Below, one piece after another: positions 45,670-55,265 of a stretch of 64,000 nt of DNA. The notes below the pieces were generated by a model. The model made no database searches. It was given only the letters and a program-made list of their open reading frames with translations, and was not told the DNA's origin. Source of the stretch: a virus. The stretch lies in UHGV virus genome UHGV-1364187, one strand, 5' to 3'. Numbering within the stretch: the first letter of the stretch is position 1; the number at the start of each line of letters is the position of its first letter. The position numbers and the translations under genes are program-made.

Positions 45670-46623
45670 TTACTTTTTACACATCATAATAATATGTTGT
45701 ATTAAATATTTATTAGTAATATCTACATTATACATTTTTATAGATATAATACAACAATCACCAACATTAATGGTTTCAGAAGAAAGCTTATATCCCAATA
45801 AACTAAGTACCTGTAAAAGTTTTTGTACATTAACTTTGCTATTATCTACAGTAAATTGGTATACATCTTCTACTATATTTGAACTCTTTTCATAATTCTC
45901 TACAAGTTTAACTATATATTCTTCATTAATCTCATAAGTATATGTAGATTTATTATATAAAACATCATATAGAATATTATTTTTATCAAATGTAATATTA
46001 TATAATATAATATTATTAGTATTACCATATAAATATACACTATTCATTACAATAACAACATTTATATCATCACTCTTATCATATCGTTCTAATAGATCTT
46101 TTGTAACAAGTTTATTTATAATGAAATTTTGACCATATTTTTCAATATACTGAATATATTTCTTATGAATGTCTTGCATATGATACATATAGTCAATAAT
46201 ATCATCAATCTTTCCTATGTACATTAAACCTTTGTCTGTTATAATATGTAAATTATTATCAATATGTGTAAGACATTCACTTTCCATATCAATATTGGTT
46301 GCACTTTGCATATTATTTCTGATAAGATAATTATATATAACAGATTTAATATCACTAAATTTCATAATCCAATTAAACTTAAGATCATTCATTACATACT
46401 CATCATTAAGTTTGAATTTATCGCAACCTACTCTAGTAATTAGCTTAGTATCAATAATACCATAAGTTAAACATTCTGAGATAAATCCATTATGCTCATC
46501 ATTTTTATATTCTTCTCCAAATTGAAATTGTTTAATAAAGTTAATAAATATATCATTATATTTTTCTTCTTTCATTTTCTTTACTAAAACTTGCATCTTT
46601 TCTTGATTTGTGAATTCTTTCAT
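45670..46623 (-). CDS. hypothetical protein
   Basis: the MFIMK artefact trimmed to MKEFTNQ. Confidence 0.45.
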   Translation of the reverse strand: MKEFTNQEKMQVLVKKMKEEKYNDIFINFIKQFQFGEEYKNDEHNGFISECLTYGIIDTKLITRVGCDKFKLNDEYVMNDLKFNWIMKFSDIKSVIYNYLIRNNMQSATNIDMESECLTHIDNNLHIITDKGLMYIGKIDDIIDYMYHMQDIHKKYIQYIEKYGQNFIINKLVTKDLLERYDKSDDINVVIVMNSVYLYGNTNNIILYNITFDKNNILYDVLYNKSTYTYEINEEYIVKLVENYEKSSNIVEDVYQFTVDNSKVNVQKLLQVLSLLGYKLSSETINVGDCCIISIKMYNVDITNKYLIQHIIMMCKK

Positions 46624-46735
46624 TATAAACATCTCCTTTAAAATTTACATTATTATTTATTATTAACAGATTTTCTGTTAATGATATTTATATCTTTCTT
46701 CTTTCGGAACAAGTATTGCTGGAACAACCATATGT

Positions 46736-47344
46736 TTACCATCTACATATTTTTGAACTATTAAGAAGTTGTTGTTGCATTTGCTGTATTTGATTGTTTA
46801 CATTTTGTTCCAAATTAGTTATTCTATTGTCGATATGATCACAAACATTTCCTAACATACTAGACACTACTCTAGTTATATCATATGTAAGCTGTTGTGA
46901 ATTAAAATGGAATTTAGTTTCACCTAAATCATCTTTGATATACGTTTCATTCATATTACCATATATCGCTTCCATTATATTTTCAGCATCAACTACAGGA
47001 TTAGATACATGATAATTTGGATTATGTTGATTTGATGTATATTGTCCAGTGTGATAAATATCTATAAGAACTTCATGTGTAACCCAATTAAAGAACTCTG
47101 TAGCTTTTGGCATTCTAGAACTTTTCACTAAATCCAATAGACCTGATAAAGAAACAAATGTCATATTATTTCGTCTTCCTAAAGAATCGACGCTACTCCA
47201 AATCGACGTATCGTCCTTTTTACAATGTTTACGTATTGCATCATTTGTCCTTGAATATCCTAAAATCTCACATACATCTCTACCACAATATAATACATCT
47301 TGTTCGTTTCCTCCTTCTGGTATAATAAATTCTAACATTTCCAA
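46736..47344 (-). CDS. Bro-N domain protein; a second frame continues to a C-terminal tag (VQKYVDGKHMVVPAILVPKEER)
   Basis: N-terminus MEMLEFIIPEGGNEQDVLYCGRDVCEILGY... is Bro-N-like and paralogous to 25723..25030. The tag that ends its paralog is present here only in another frame downstream of the annotated stop (46690-46760). Confidence 0.6.
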   Translation of the reverse strand: MEMLEFIIPEGGNEQDVLYCGRDVCEILGYSRTNDAIRKHCKKDDTSIWSSVDSLGRRNNMTFVSLSGLLDLVKSSRMPKATEFFNWVTHEVLIDIYHTGQYTSNQHNPNYHVSNPVVDAENIMEAIYGNMNETYIKDDLGETKFHFNSQQLTYDITRVVSSMLGNVCDHIDNRITNLEQNVNNQIQQMQQQLLNSSKICRW

Positions 47345-47445
47345 ATGTTCATTGTAATAATTCTTGAACTACATTGTTTTTATCTTGTTCCATAATATTA
47401 TCCTCCATAATGTTTAAAATTTATAGTGAATATAGATCATTCTAT

Positions 47446-47476
47446 ATTCACTATAATAATATATAATTGTAAATCG
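47446..47476 (-). promoter_or_regulatory. conserved promoter motif upstream of the Bro-N gene
   Basis: reverse complement reads CGATTTACAATTATATATTATTATAGTGAAT, same variant as at 25761 and 24141. Confidence 0.5.
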
Positions 47477-47488
47477 TTTTACTATATT

Positions 47489-47740
47489 CTATTTATAATT
47501 GAAACTAAAGACATAAGCATTATAATATCTTAATTTATACACCTCATCAATTTCAATCTCCTCATCTCCTAGAAGATATGTTCCTCTTTTTGGTGCATGT
47601 GTTCGGTTATCTTCAAACCAATCACACATAACCATAATCATTAACTTTCCATCATATTCAACAAACATACCTTTTGTCATGCTTGTTGATTTTTCTTTCT
47701 CTTTGTTCTTATTTGTTTTAAAATAAGATATCCATTCCAT
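47489..47740 (-). CDS. small hypothetical protein; may be the tail of a frameshifted larger gene extending to ~47850
   Basis: Upstream segments MEINEQLRGYGTIYI and DNDIDYCMGYFRGYVSYRLNYKWNGY... lie in other frames. Confidence 0.3.
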   Translation of the reverse strand: MEWISYFKTNKNKEKEKSTSMTKGMFVEYDGKLMIMVMCDWFEDNRTHAPKRGTYLLGDEEIEIDEVYKLRYYNAYVFSFNYK

Positions 47741-47856
47741 TTATAATTTAATCTGTATGAAACGTATCCTCTAAAATATCCCATACAATAATCTATATCA
47801 TTGTCAGATATAGATGGTACCATACCCCCTTAATTGTTCATTAATTTCCATAATTA

Positions 47857-48222
47857 TTATCTCCTTTCATAATCTATAATTAATATAACAAATTTACCTT
47901 CATATGATGATAGTTCTTTTAGTATATCATGTCCACCTATATTGAACTTTCTATCTGTATATAAATAATCAGATGTTTCTGACCAATTTATATTATATTG
48001 TGTATCTAATGTACCATTTATACTATTACATATAAGATTTTGTGCTTCTTCTAGTGTACACTCTTTATCTGATATAAAGTATTTAACAGAAGATTCACAA
48101 TGAACTATACCGTAGTCATTTGTTATTTCTTCTAAAAGATTTAGATCATCAATATATAAATCATATTCTAAATCTTCTGCTTCTATTAATTTGATAAATC
48201 CACTAATTACTAAAGTTCTCAT
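47857..48222 (-). CDS. hypothetical protein
   Basis: ORF. Confidence 0.4.
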   Translation of the reverse strand: MRTLVISGFIKLIEAEDLEYDLYIDDLNLLEEITNDYGIVHCESSVKYFISDKECTLEEAQNLICNSINGTLDTQYNINWSETSDYLYTDRKFNIGGHDILKELSSYEGKFVILIIDYERR

Positions 48223-48336
48223 TTTTTATTTACCCACTTTCATATTTCTTTATGTTTTCTTAGACACTCTATATTTATCAAATATTATATAGTAATAATT
48301 GATATCTTTAACTTAGTATAAATACCATGTTAAAAA

Positions 48337-48372
48337 AATAAATACTAGAGATTTTACTCTCTAGTATTTATA
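48337..48372. terminator. terminator AAATACTAGAGATTTTACTCTCTAGTATTT
   Basis: palindrome. Confidence 0.6.
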
Positions 48373-48954
48373 TTATCATTTATGCATTTTAGATTAATGA
48401 TTTATCTTTAATCTTCATCATTTGAATAAGTATCTATATAATATTCATCTTCTATAGAACTTGTATGAACAGTTTCCGTATTTAGTACTTTATCTACTAA
48501 TCTTATACTAATTTTACTAATAGCTTCACTTATTTTCTTAGATACATAATATGTAACTGCTACATATCAAACTAATTTTACTACAAATTTATATCCAGTC
48601 ATAACTTTTTCCATATTAAACTTTTTCATATCTTATCTCTCCTTTTTTATTATTTACTACTCTTCGATTTGTTCTTCTGATTCTCTTTTTAATACACTTT
48701 TAATTTTAGATGATATTTTTGTAAAAACTTTCTTAATAAAATCTACACCACTTGTCATCATAACGAATATACTAAGTACGAATGCTGCACCTATCACTGC
48801 ACCAACAATAATCTCTCCAACTACTGTGAAGATGTCCTTATCAATTTTCTTTGTCTAAAGCTTTCTTGTAATCATTTGCAAATTGTACTAACTCTTTTTT
48901 CATAACTAAACAACTCATTTTAATTTTTAATAACATAGACTAATTGTAATCTAT

Positions 48955-48986
48955 ATTCATATTGATAATATATAACTAAAATTTTG
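48955..48986 (-). promoter_or_regulatory. variant promoter motif TTAGTTATATATTATCAATATGAATATAGATTACAATTAGTCTATGTTA
   Basis: near-identical to the copy at 41075-41107, including the downstream TAGTCTATGTTA and the AAAGGAGTTGTTTAGTTATG leader. Confidence 0.45.
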
Positions 48987-48994
48987 AATATTTA

Positions 48995-49030
48995 CAAAAA
49001 ATAAAGAAGAGTCTAATGACTCTTCTTTTA
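48995..49030. terminator. terminator AAGAAGAGTCTAATGACTCTTCTT
   Basis: palindrome. Confidence 0.65.
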
Positions 49031-49050
49031 TTATTTATTTTATATCTTTA

Positions 49051-49782
49051 CTATTTTTCTCCATATGGATATTCTTCATTAGATATTTCTTTTATAACTT
49101 TATAAAGCATATCTTGAAAATATCTCCATTCCATACACACATCTCTCTTACTATATGCGGAAGAACATTTTCCCTCATGTGGAACTAAATATTTTCCTCC
49201 AGAAGGTCTTTCTTCAAATGTAAATCTACATTTATCATCTACTAAGTTAGCACATTTACCTCCCCATGATGCTGTAATATAATTATCATCATTATCGTTT
49301 CTACTTCTTAGATAATAAACTTTGTCTAATTCATCTTTCTCACAATCAACATCCCCTTCCCAATAATCTAATGTAACTAGACCTTTCTTTAATAATTCCA
49401 ATATTCCATTAACACTAAAATCTTGTACATCATATGGGGATAACTCACATCCCATACAATTACAACAATTTCCTTTACATTCAGAGCATAGAGAGCAATC
49501 TTCATTGTTCTCTATGTATAAAAAGTTTATTACTTTATTAATACGTGTATATAAACCATATATACCTTTTCTTAATTTACCGAAGAATGCTTTTACGTTA
49601 TCCTCTGTTTTGACATGGTCTAATTCTTTAAGTTTTGTGTTATAATTGATAAGTCTTTCTTGTAGTTTGTAGATATGATTTCTTAATAAACCAGATCTAA
49701 TATCTGAAACAAAAGACATATCAATTGTTTCTGGGTGCTCTAATAGTTCTGATATTTTTGATTTTAATTCATTCTTATTCAT
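49051..49782 (-). CDS. Cys-rich hypothetical protein
   Basis: CSLCSECKGNCCNCMGCE cluster. Confidence 0.45.
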   Translation of the reverse strand: MNKNELKSKISELLEHPETIDMSFVSDIRSGLLRNHIYKLQERLINYNTKLKELDHVKTEDNVKAFFGKLRKGIYGLYTRINKVINFLYIENNEDCSLCSECKGNCCNCMGCELSPYDVQDFSVNGILELLKKGLVTLDYWEGDVDCEKDELDKVYYLRSRNDNDDNYITASWGGKCANLVDDKCRFTFEERPSGGKYLVPHEGKCSSAYSKRDVCMEWRYFQDMLYKVIKEISNEEYPYGEK

Positions 49783-50405
49783 TAATTAATCCCCTTTTCT
49801 TTAACAGTTTTTCTTTCTCTATCTAGAATCTTTTGTAAAGATTCTATTGCCGTATCATGTTGAATTTTGAATGATAGAGTATAATCTTTCTCTATATAAT
49901 TATCTAGATAATATATAGTCTTTTCAAGTATATCAAGTATATCATTACATTTGATATTATCATTCATATATCTCATACTAATCATAGCTTGTAATATGTC
50001 TAATACCATAAAATACAATGCAAATCTAGTATATCCATATTTTTTGTAATTATTTATATATAATTTAATAATGATAGTATTGTTTGTTGATTTTTGATCT
50101 ATTGAATGCACATAATATGTAATACTATCATCATTATACAAATCTTCTAATTTACCTATACAATACTCATATGTATTATTTATATCATTTTGTAATATAT
50201 TGCTTATACATATGATAGGTTCCATTGGACATTTAGAATATTTTACCATAGAATCTCTATATTTACTTAGAAATTCTGTAGTAGTGTTAAAGAATTCTAC
50301 AGAATCTTTAATTTTAAATTGATCAGTGTTTATTGGAAATTCTAGATCGATCTTATAAAAATACTTATATTTTAGAGTATCTATTAACTTGTTTAAGAAT
50401 TTCAT
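49782..50405 (-). CDS. hypothetical protein
   Basis: ORF with RBS AGGAGGTATGTAGT ATG. Confidence 0.45.
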   Translation of the reverse strand: MKFLNKLIDTLKYKYFYKIDLEFPINTDQFKIKDSVEFFNTTTEFLSKYRDSMVKYSKCPMEPIICISNILQNDINNTYEYCIGKLEDLYNDDSITYYVHSIDQKSTNNTIIIKLYINNYKKYGYTRFALYFMVLDILQAMISMRYMNDNIKCNDILDILEKTIYYLDNYIEKDYTLSFKIQHDTAIESLQKILDRERKTVKEKGIN

Positions 50406-50479
50406 ACTACATACCTCCTAAGAATGGTACATTACTATCTTTTAGCTTTAATGTAAATTCTGTAATGAGATAATGATCT

Positions 50480-50755
50480 TTATCTTTTGCAACATGTTTT
50501 TTTTGGAATATATTTGTATAATATATTATCGTCATCAAGATAATCTAACGTGTTTGACATTAAATTATATCTATCATTTCCTACTGGTTCTTTTGTGATA
50601 GCTATAATAGGTCTATAATATTTATTCTTTGTGTATGCATAAACATTTTCAATTTCTGTTTCTACAAATTCGATACACTTATTAATAAATCCTTCCTTAT
50701 CTTTAATACTTTTTAAATCTTTAATAATTTGCATTGTTAATTCTTTGTTTTCCAT
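50480..50755 (-). CDS. small hypothetical protein (MENKELTMQ...)
   Basis: starts behind a conserved leader; the ORF-track N-terminal extension is removed. Confidence 0.4.
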   Translation of the reverse strand: MENKELTMQIIKDLKSIKDKEGFINKCIEFVETEIENVYAYTKNKYYRPIIAITKEPVGNDRYNLMSNTLDYLDDDNILYKYIPKKTCCKR

Positions 50756-50784
50756 AATAAAACATCTCCTTCTAATAATATTAT

Positions 50785-50812
50785 TCACTTATATAATATA
50801 TAATTAAATTTT
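50785..50812 (-). promoter_or_regulatory. conserved promoter motif AAATTTAATTATATATTATATAAGTGAATAATATT
   Basis: consensus copy. Confidence 0.55.
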
Positions 50813-50885
50813 TTTTTAATCATATATTATTGTAGTGACTATATTAAAGTTTTATTAAACTTCTAACAAGAAAGTAAGGGGCTTT

Positions 50886-50935
50886 TAAAGGCGTTGACCA
50901 AGAACCCTTAAAAGGTAGATAAGGGAAGAACAAAG
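50886..50935 (+). promoter_or_regulatory. candidate sigma-A-like promoter (TTGACC ...16 nt... TAGATA) in a GC-richer divergent intergenic region
   Basis: CGTTGACCAAGAACCCTTAAAAGGTAGATAAGG; the -10 element is weak; would drive the plus-strand block starting at 50981. Confidence 0.25.
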
Positions 50936-50980
50936 ATAAGACTTTAATACAAATACAGATATATAAAAGGAGATAATAAC

Positions 50981-51586
50981 ATGATTAAAAAATTCAAACA
51001 GCAATTACAATTTATGAAGTTAACAAAATTTCTACGTTCCAAAGACATATCAATCTCTAAAAATTCAAATAATGAATATACACTTAAAGATGATACAATT
51101 GTCTTTGGGACATTTACTAAACAACAATTAATGAACGAATTTTACAAAACAATGACAGATTTAAATATGAATAAATCTTTAACCAAAAATATTTCAATAA
51201 CAAATGTATACTTTTATAAACATCTTGAAGTTTTCTTAAAGATATTTAAGTTTGAAATATTATATTCATTATCAGAATCTTCATCAATTCACAAAGCTTA
51301 TTATAATGATGAAGAAATAACTTTTACACAACTTAATGATTGTGTTGGGATATGTAGTAAAGATAGTAAAATAATTGTATTATATAAATACAATGATGAT
51401 AATGGATTTGAACCATATATGTCTGAAGATAATATAATTCCACAACAGGTTAGTAATCTTACGAAATATTATATAAATCAGATTATTATTAGAACATTGA
51501 TAAATACTCTTAAAGAAAATGGTATTGCTATTTATAGCAATACTACATTATTCAAATACAATAATAAAATTATAGAGTTACAATAA
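50981..51586 (+). CDS. hypothetical protein
   Basis: ORF with RBS AAAAGGAGATAATAAC ATG. Confidence 0.5.
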   Translation: MIKKFKQQLQFMKLTKFLRSKDISISKNSNNEYTLKDDTIVFGTFTKQQLMNEFYKTMTDLNMNKSLTKNISITNVYFYKHLEVFLKIFKFEILYSLSESSSIHKAYYNDEEITFTQLNDCVGICSKDSKIIVLYKYNDDNGFEPYMSEDNIIPQQVSNLTKYYINQIIIRTLINTLKENGIAIYSNTTLFKYNNKIIELQ

Positions 51587-51626
51587 ACGTAACTCTATAA
51601 TAAATTTTAAAAGGAGGAAAAAGTTT

Positions 51627-52262
51627 ATGAATAAACCAGGTTTAAAAGATATTATCGATTATATTAAAAGTAGTGGTATTACTGAATGTGAAAGTACAGA
51701 TTGTGGTGATTGCCCATTCAATGTGCATTCACCAGAATCGAAAGAATTTATTGGAAATCCAAACATTTGTGTACTTCTTAATGAAGTAGCAAAGACTACA
51801 GAATCAAAAGAAACTATTATTGAATATACTGATAAATCATTACTTACTCATATCAATGGGGAAGAATGTTTATTAGTTCCAGTTGGAACTGATGGTCTCA
51901 TAGATTCACATTTATGGAGAATTATTGGAATACTATTTGAAGAAGAATATTCAATTGTAAGAAAAGGAATAGATGAAGGTACTTTTGTTTTAGGAAGTTT
52001 TGCTAAATATGATAAGACATATAGATGTGAAAATTTCACATTATGTTTTATAGTAGTAAAAGATAAATCTATGTATAACGATAGTGGTACAACTAATCGT
52101 AGTGATGTATTAGAAAATGCATTATATAATGTAAGAAAATCTATACATTCTACTAAATTTTTAATCCCATATGACATCGGATGTAGATTAGATTTTGAAA
52201 CAGTGTTAACGATAATAAACGAACAACTACATGGTTGTACTGTTATCATTGATAATAAATAA
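51627..52262 (+). CDS. macro-domain protein with N-terminal Cys cluster
   Basis: ECLLVPVGTDGLIDSHLWRIIG...FTLCFIVV...STKFLIPYDIGCRLDFE follow the macro-domain pattern; N-terminus CESTDCGDCPF. Confidence 0.5.
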   Translation: MNKPGLKDIIDYIKSSGITECESTDCGDCPFNVHSPESKEFIGNPNICVLLNEVAKTTESKETIIEYTDKSLLTHINGEECLLVPVGTDGLIDSHLWRIIGILFEEEYSIVRKGIDEGTFVLGSFAKYDKTYRCENFTLCFIVVKDKSMYNDSGTTNRSDVLENALYNVRKSIHSTKFLIPYDIGCRLDFETVLTIINEQLHGCTVIIDNK

Positions 52263-52283
52263 AATGAAAGGTAGGTAATTAGT

Positions 52284-52763
52284 ATGATCACAGAAGTTAA
52301 AGGAAATATTTTCAATTTTATCAAAGAAGGAGATTATTTAATTCAGCAAGTAAATACAGAAGGAGTAATGAGAAGAGGAATAGCTAAACAAATTAAAGAA
52401 TTATTTCCAGATGTAAATGAAAGATATGAAACATTTGTTAGATTTTCTAACAAGTTTAATCTGTTAGGAGCATGTCAAACATTAGACACAAAATATAAAG
52501 GTGTAAATCTTAATATATGCAATTGTTTTGCACAAGATTTACATACTTATTATGATGGACATTTAACAAATTATGAAGCTTTAGAACAATCATTGAAAAT
52601 TGCATTATGGAGTTCTAGAAGCACAACAAGATTTTTACTTCCAAAGAATATTGGATGTGGAATTGGTGGAGGAGATTGGAAAGTAGTATATAATATTATT
52701 GAAAGAGTATTTGTTAATAGAGAAGTTCTTATTGTAGATTATGACGGTTCAGAACTTATATAA
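52284..52763 (+). CDS. macro-domain (ADP-ribose binding or processing) protein
   Basis: VKGNIFNF...DYLIQQVNTEGVMRRGIAKQI...LLPKNIGCGIGGGDW matches the macro-domain pattern. Confidence 0.6.
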   Translation: MITEVKGNIFNFIKEGDYLIQQVNTEGVMRRGIAKQIKELFPDVNERYETFVRFSNKFNLLGACQTLDTKYKGVNLNICNCFAQDLHTYYDGHLTNYEALEQSLKIALWSSRSTTRFLLPKNIGCGIGGGDWKVVYNIIERVFVNREVLIVDYDGSELI

Positions 52764-52809
52764 TTAAAACTTATTAGGAGATGATTAACCAATAAGGAGG
52801 AATTTATTA

Positions 52810-52956
52810 TGAGAAGTAAAGAAGAGATTCAAAAGAATATACATGATGCACATGTTGCATATAAGAAAGTAAGAAAAGATTTATTAAATAGTGTGTCTAT
52901 CACGTATAATAGTACAACTGGAGACACATCTTGTTATGTTTCAAGTATAGAATAGT
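52810..52956 (+). CDS. small hypothetical protein (49 aa)
   Basis: RBS AAGGAGG then ATG; below the ORF-track size cut-off. Confidence 0.3.
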
Positions 52957-53356
52957 AACCTTATTTCATACAGTAAATACAGTTGATGAAGCTGTGGAAA
53001 TGTATAATAGAATTTATGAGATTTGTAAAGACGAAACATACTATATTGATTATTTACAATTTGCAGCATTTAAAATAGTTACAACTGGTGAAATTGATGT
53101 ATCTGTATTATTGCATCATATGTATAATGATGCTAGATATACATTACGTTCAGAAATATATGGCTCTGAGGAATATGAATCATATGTGATTATTAATACA
53201 GGGGAATATGTATATTATAGCGATAAATATGGATATGGGCTTAGAAATAAATATGGAAATCCATATAGTAATGTGTATACTAACTTAAATTCTATCAATG
53301 CAATGCACATATTCAATATATTTAATATGCAGACATATGAAGGTGAGAATTTATGA
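52931..53356 (+). CDS. hypothetical protein
   Basis: ORF. Confidence 0.4.
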   Translation: MLCFKYRIVTLFHTVNTVDEAVEMYNRIYEICKDETYYIDYLQFAAFKIVTTGEIDVSVLLHHMYNDARYTLRSEIYGSEEYESYVIINTGEYVYYSDKYGYGLRNKYGNPYSNVYTNLNSINAMHIFNIFNMQTYEGENL

Positions 53357-53709
53357 TAAAACGACTCATAGAATGGATAGTAAAACGATTCAAATATGCC
53401 AACAAAGTAGACCTTATTAAAGGTCTACTTGATGGTATAGATGATGAAGATATAAACAATATTTATAAAGTCTTAGACGGAAGACTCAATCCTGTATTAG
53501 TATCAGATAAGAATTGTAGTTATAAAACTATATCCTTATCTGATACTATAAATAATACGATTCTTATTATCATTCAAGATAATAAGATTATTGCATTTAG
53601 TGAATTCCATATTACTTTTAGTAATGGTTGGAGAACATATGCTATTATTAATGGTCAAGAACAAGAAATTGTTGAAGATGACCATACTAAAATATATCTA
53701 TTAATGTAA
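53353..53709 (+). CDS. hypothetical protein
   Basis: ORF; ATGA overlap with the upstream gene. Confidence 0.45.
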   Translation: MIKRLIEWIVKRFKYANKVDLIKGLLDGIDDEDINNIYKVLDGRLNPVLVSDKNCSYKTISLSDTINNTILIIIQDNKIIAFSEFHITFSNGWRTYAIINGQEQEIVEDDHTKIYLLM

Positions 53710-53721
53710 AGGAGTTGTTAT

Positions 53722-54099
53722 ATGGATAGAGAAGATATAAGTAAAGTATTAGAATATTGCTCTAATAATTACAATAAAATCAAAAAAGTTCCATTATATA
53801 TAAGAAGTGGCAGCTTTTTAGAATTAGATGATAAAAAAATCTATATATGTAATGTGTGTAAAAATGATTTAGAGAACATGTCATCTGCATTATCAAAATA
53901 TCATCTCTCAATATATGGAGAATTTAAAGGTGATTTAAGATATAACTATATCGTAATTTCTAACAGATTTAATATACTTAAGATGAAAATTAGTAATCTT
54001 ATAATTAATCTAATATTCATACTTATAATTCTAATAATACTCGGTGTATTTCTAGCACCAGATATTATAAGATATATATTTATTATAAAACACTTATAA
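53722..54099 (+). CDS. small protein with C-terminal transmembrane anchor
   Basis: C-terminus LIINLIFILIILIILGVFLAPDIIRYIFIIK. Confidence 0.45.
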   Translation: MDREDISKVLEYCSNNYNKIKKVPLYIRSGSFLELDDKKIYICNVCKNDLENMSSALSKYHLSIYGEFKGDLRYNYIVISNRFNILKMKISNLIINLIFILIILIILGVFLAPDIIRYIFIIKHL

Positions 54100-54116
54100 A
54101 AAAGGAGAGATTGATT

Positions 54117-54545
54117 ATGAAAACAAACAAAGAATATATGGAAATGGCTATTAAAGCTTCACAAAATAGTAACGATGAACACACTAAAGTCGGATGTATT
54201 ATTGTATCAAAAGAAGGATATATTGTATCTAGAGGTCATAATCGTATCATTAAAGATACACTACCAAAAGGTAGAGATGGAGAATGGTTAAATACAAAAT
54301 ATCCATATGTACTTCATAGTGAAATCGATGCTTTAAATAAAGTTTATCATAGAAATTTATTAGAATGTGCAAGTATTTACGTGACACTATTCCCATGTAA
54401 TAATTGTATGCTTGCTTTAGCAAATGCTGGGATTAAGAAAGTGTATTATATGTGTGATAAATATGCAGATAAAGACTTTACAATTGCAGCTAAGATTATT
54501 GCTAAAGAATGCGGTATAGAATTAGAACAAGTGGAGGTGGAATGA
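54117..54545 (+). CDS. dCMP deaminase
   Basis: HSEIDAL (H-x-E) and PCNNCMLAL (PCxxC) zinc-binding motifs of the CMP/dCMP deaminase family; ATG at 54117 after AAAAGGAGAG. Confidence 0.75.
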   Translation: MKTNKEYMEMAIKASQNSNDEHTKVGCIIVSKEGYIVSRGHNRIIKDTLPKGRDGEWLNTKYPYVLHSEIDALNKVYHRNLLECASIYVTLFPCNNCMLALANAGIKKVYYMCDKYADKDFTIAAKIIAKECGIELEQVEVE

Positions 54546-54887
54546 ATGAATTCACCACATCAATCAAATTTGAAAAGATTTATTAGTTTAACAAAACAAT
54601 TGTACATCAATGATGGTTCTATTGATATCCTTATTAATCCAGATCTTTATTCAGAAAGATATGGTATGGCATGCAGATTTCTTAAGAATGATTATCATTA
54701 TATAAAAGATACACTTGAACAAGAAAAGATTAAGATCATTGAATGTAAAGATGGATTGTTTAGAGTAGTTGATAATAGGACTTATAAGATTAAGAAAGCA
54801 TTTAAATGTGTGAGTATATCTTTATTGTCTATACTTATAATTATATTGATTGTATTACAGTTTCATATTTTAGATATATTCATTTAA
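54546..54887 (+). CDS. small protein with C-terminal transmembrane anchor
   Basis: C-terminus SISLLSILIIILIVLQFHIL. Confidence 0.45.
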   Translation: MNSPHQSNLKRFISLTKQLYINDGSIDILINPDLYSERYGMACRFLKNDYHYIKDTLEQEKIKIIECKDGLFRVVDNRTYKIKKAFKCVSISLLSILIIILIVLQFHILDIFI

Positions 54888-54899
54888 GGAGGTATATTA

Positions 54900-55160
54900 A
54901 TGGATAAATACAAAACTATTATTGACGATATTATTATGGGAATGGATGGTAATAATCATATTTATTATGATTGTACAGTAGAAATGGAAGATGATGAATT
55001 CTTTAAAGAATTACAATTAAGACTACATAATGAGGGATTTGTAATTTCAAGAAACAAAAAGATAGGTGTATGTTTTGTAACACGTAGAACTACATTATTT
55101 GATTGGTTTTTAATATTGATAATAATAATTCTAATAGCGTATATAGCATTACATATGTAA
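54900..55160 (+). CDS. small protein with C-terminal transmembrane anchor
   Basis: C-terminus LFDWFLILIIIILIAYIALHM. Confidence 0.45.
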   Translation: MDKYKTIIDDIIMGMDGNNHIYYDCTVEMEDDEFFKELQLRLHNEGFVISRNKKIGVCFVTRRTTLFDWFLILIIIILIAYIALHM

Positions 55161-55192
55161 AGAGAGACTATAAGTCTCTCTTTATTTTTTGC
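55161..55192 (+). terminator. terminator AAGAGAGACTATAAGTCTCTCTTTATTTTTT
   Basis: stem plus T tract. Confidence 0.7.
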
Positions 55193-55265
55193 GATTATAC
55201 GTAAATGGAAGAATTATTAATGTTAACTTCTATGTAATAATTTACATAGAAAGGAGACGTAGAAA

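Noticed and set aside
23266-46632. MFIMK N-termini of four ORF-track proteins (24120, 27781, 36204, 46632) as a real conserved peptide
   Set aside because: They arise from the GATG inside the conserved leader AAAGGAGATGTTTATAATG. The downstream ATG has canonical SD spacing.
48400-48640. In-frame TGA inside a small minus-strand ORF (MKKFNMEKVMTGYKFVVKLV-TGA-YVAVTYYVSKK...), which raised the possibility of TGA=Trp (Mollicutes-type code)
   Set aside because: Confidently identified genes (helicase, 27860) end with TGA. Long homology-supported ORFs contain no internal TGA. Trp is encoded by TGG throughout. So the standard code applies, and this is more likely a decayed small gene.
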